Source of the DNA: Octopus bimaculoides
Taxonomy: Eukaryota
Direction of reading: 5' to 3'
DNA: 52,292 nucleotides
Assembly (NCBI RefSeq): GCF_001194135.2
Contig: NC_068982.1
Span: 180,992,023-181,044,314 of the forward strand
Below are positions 52,181-52,292 of this stretch, piece by piece. The notes under the pieces are model-generated. The model did no database searches, was not told where the DNA came from, and saw only the letters and a program-made list of their open reading frames with translations. Each line of letters opens with the position of its first letter. The first letter of the stretch is position 1. The translations under genes were made by a program, and so were the position numbers.

Positions 52181-52292
52181 TATTTAGATAAGTGTGTAGA
52201 CGTGTTAGTGTGCATGCTGTGTACAAGCTGTCTGTATACACGAATATAAACCTACTCTCAACCGTAAATCAGCTTGGGGTAACATCCAGATT

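Overview
AT-rich, microsatellite-dense animal genomic DNA with 11 assembly gaps (N runs). The repeat content looks like an octopus/cephalopod short-read assembly; this is inferred from repeat style, not proven. No recognisable host gene is present, and the ORF track is mostly microsatellite or gap artefact. The window is a graveyard of transposable elements: a bounded Buster/Charlie-type hAT (13-bp TIRs, 8-bp TSD), a Tc1 interrupted by a SINE, a mariner DD34D remnant, two piggyBac-like relics, CR1-like, L1/Tx1-like and R4-like (RLE) LINE fragments, two Penelope-like (PLE) RT fragments, a long-TIR MITE and several tRNA-derived SINE families. The most notable item is a tRNA-headed, non-coding retroposon at 30134-30385. 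Its 3' part folds into a minimal type-I hammerhead ribozyme, and it is preceded by an inverted copy of its own 3' end, a PLE-like signature. A second hammerhead-tail copy lies at about 1041-1140. Together these suggest a Pol III SINE/retrozyme hybrid mobilised by Penelope-like elements. Three weak, phase-compatible minus-strand exon candidates are also noted.
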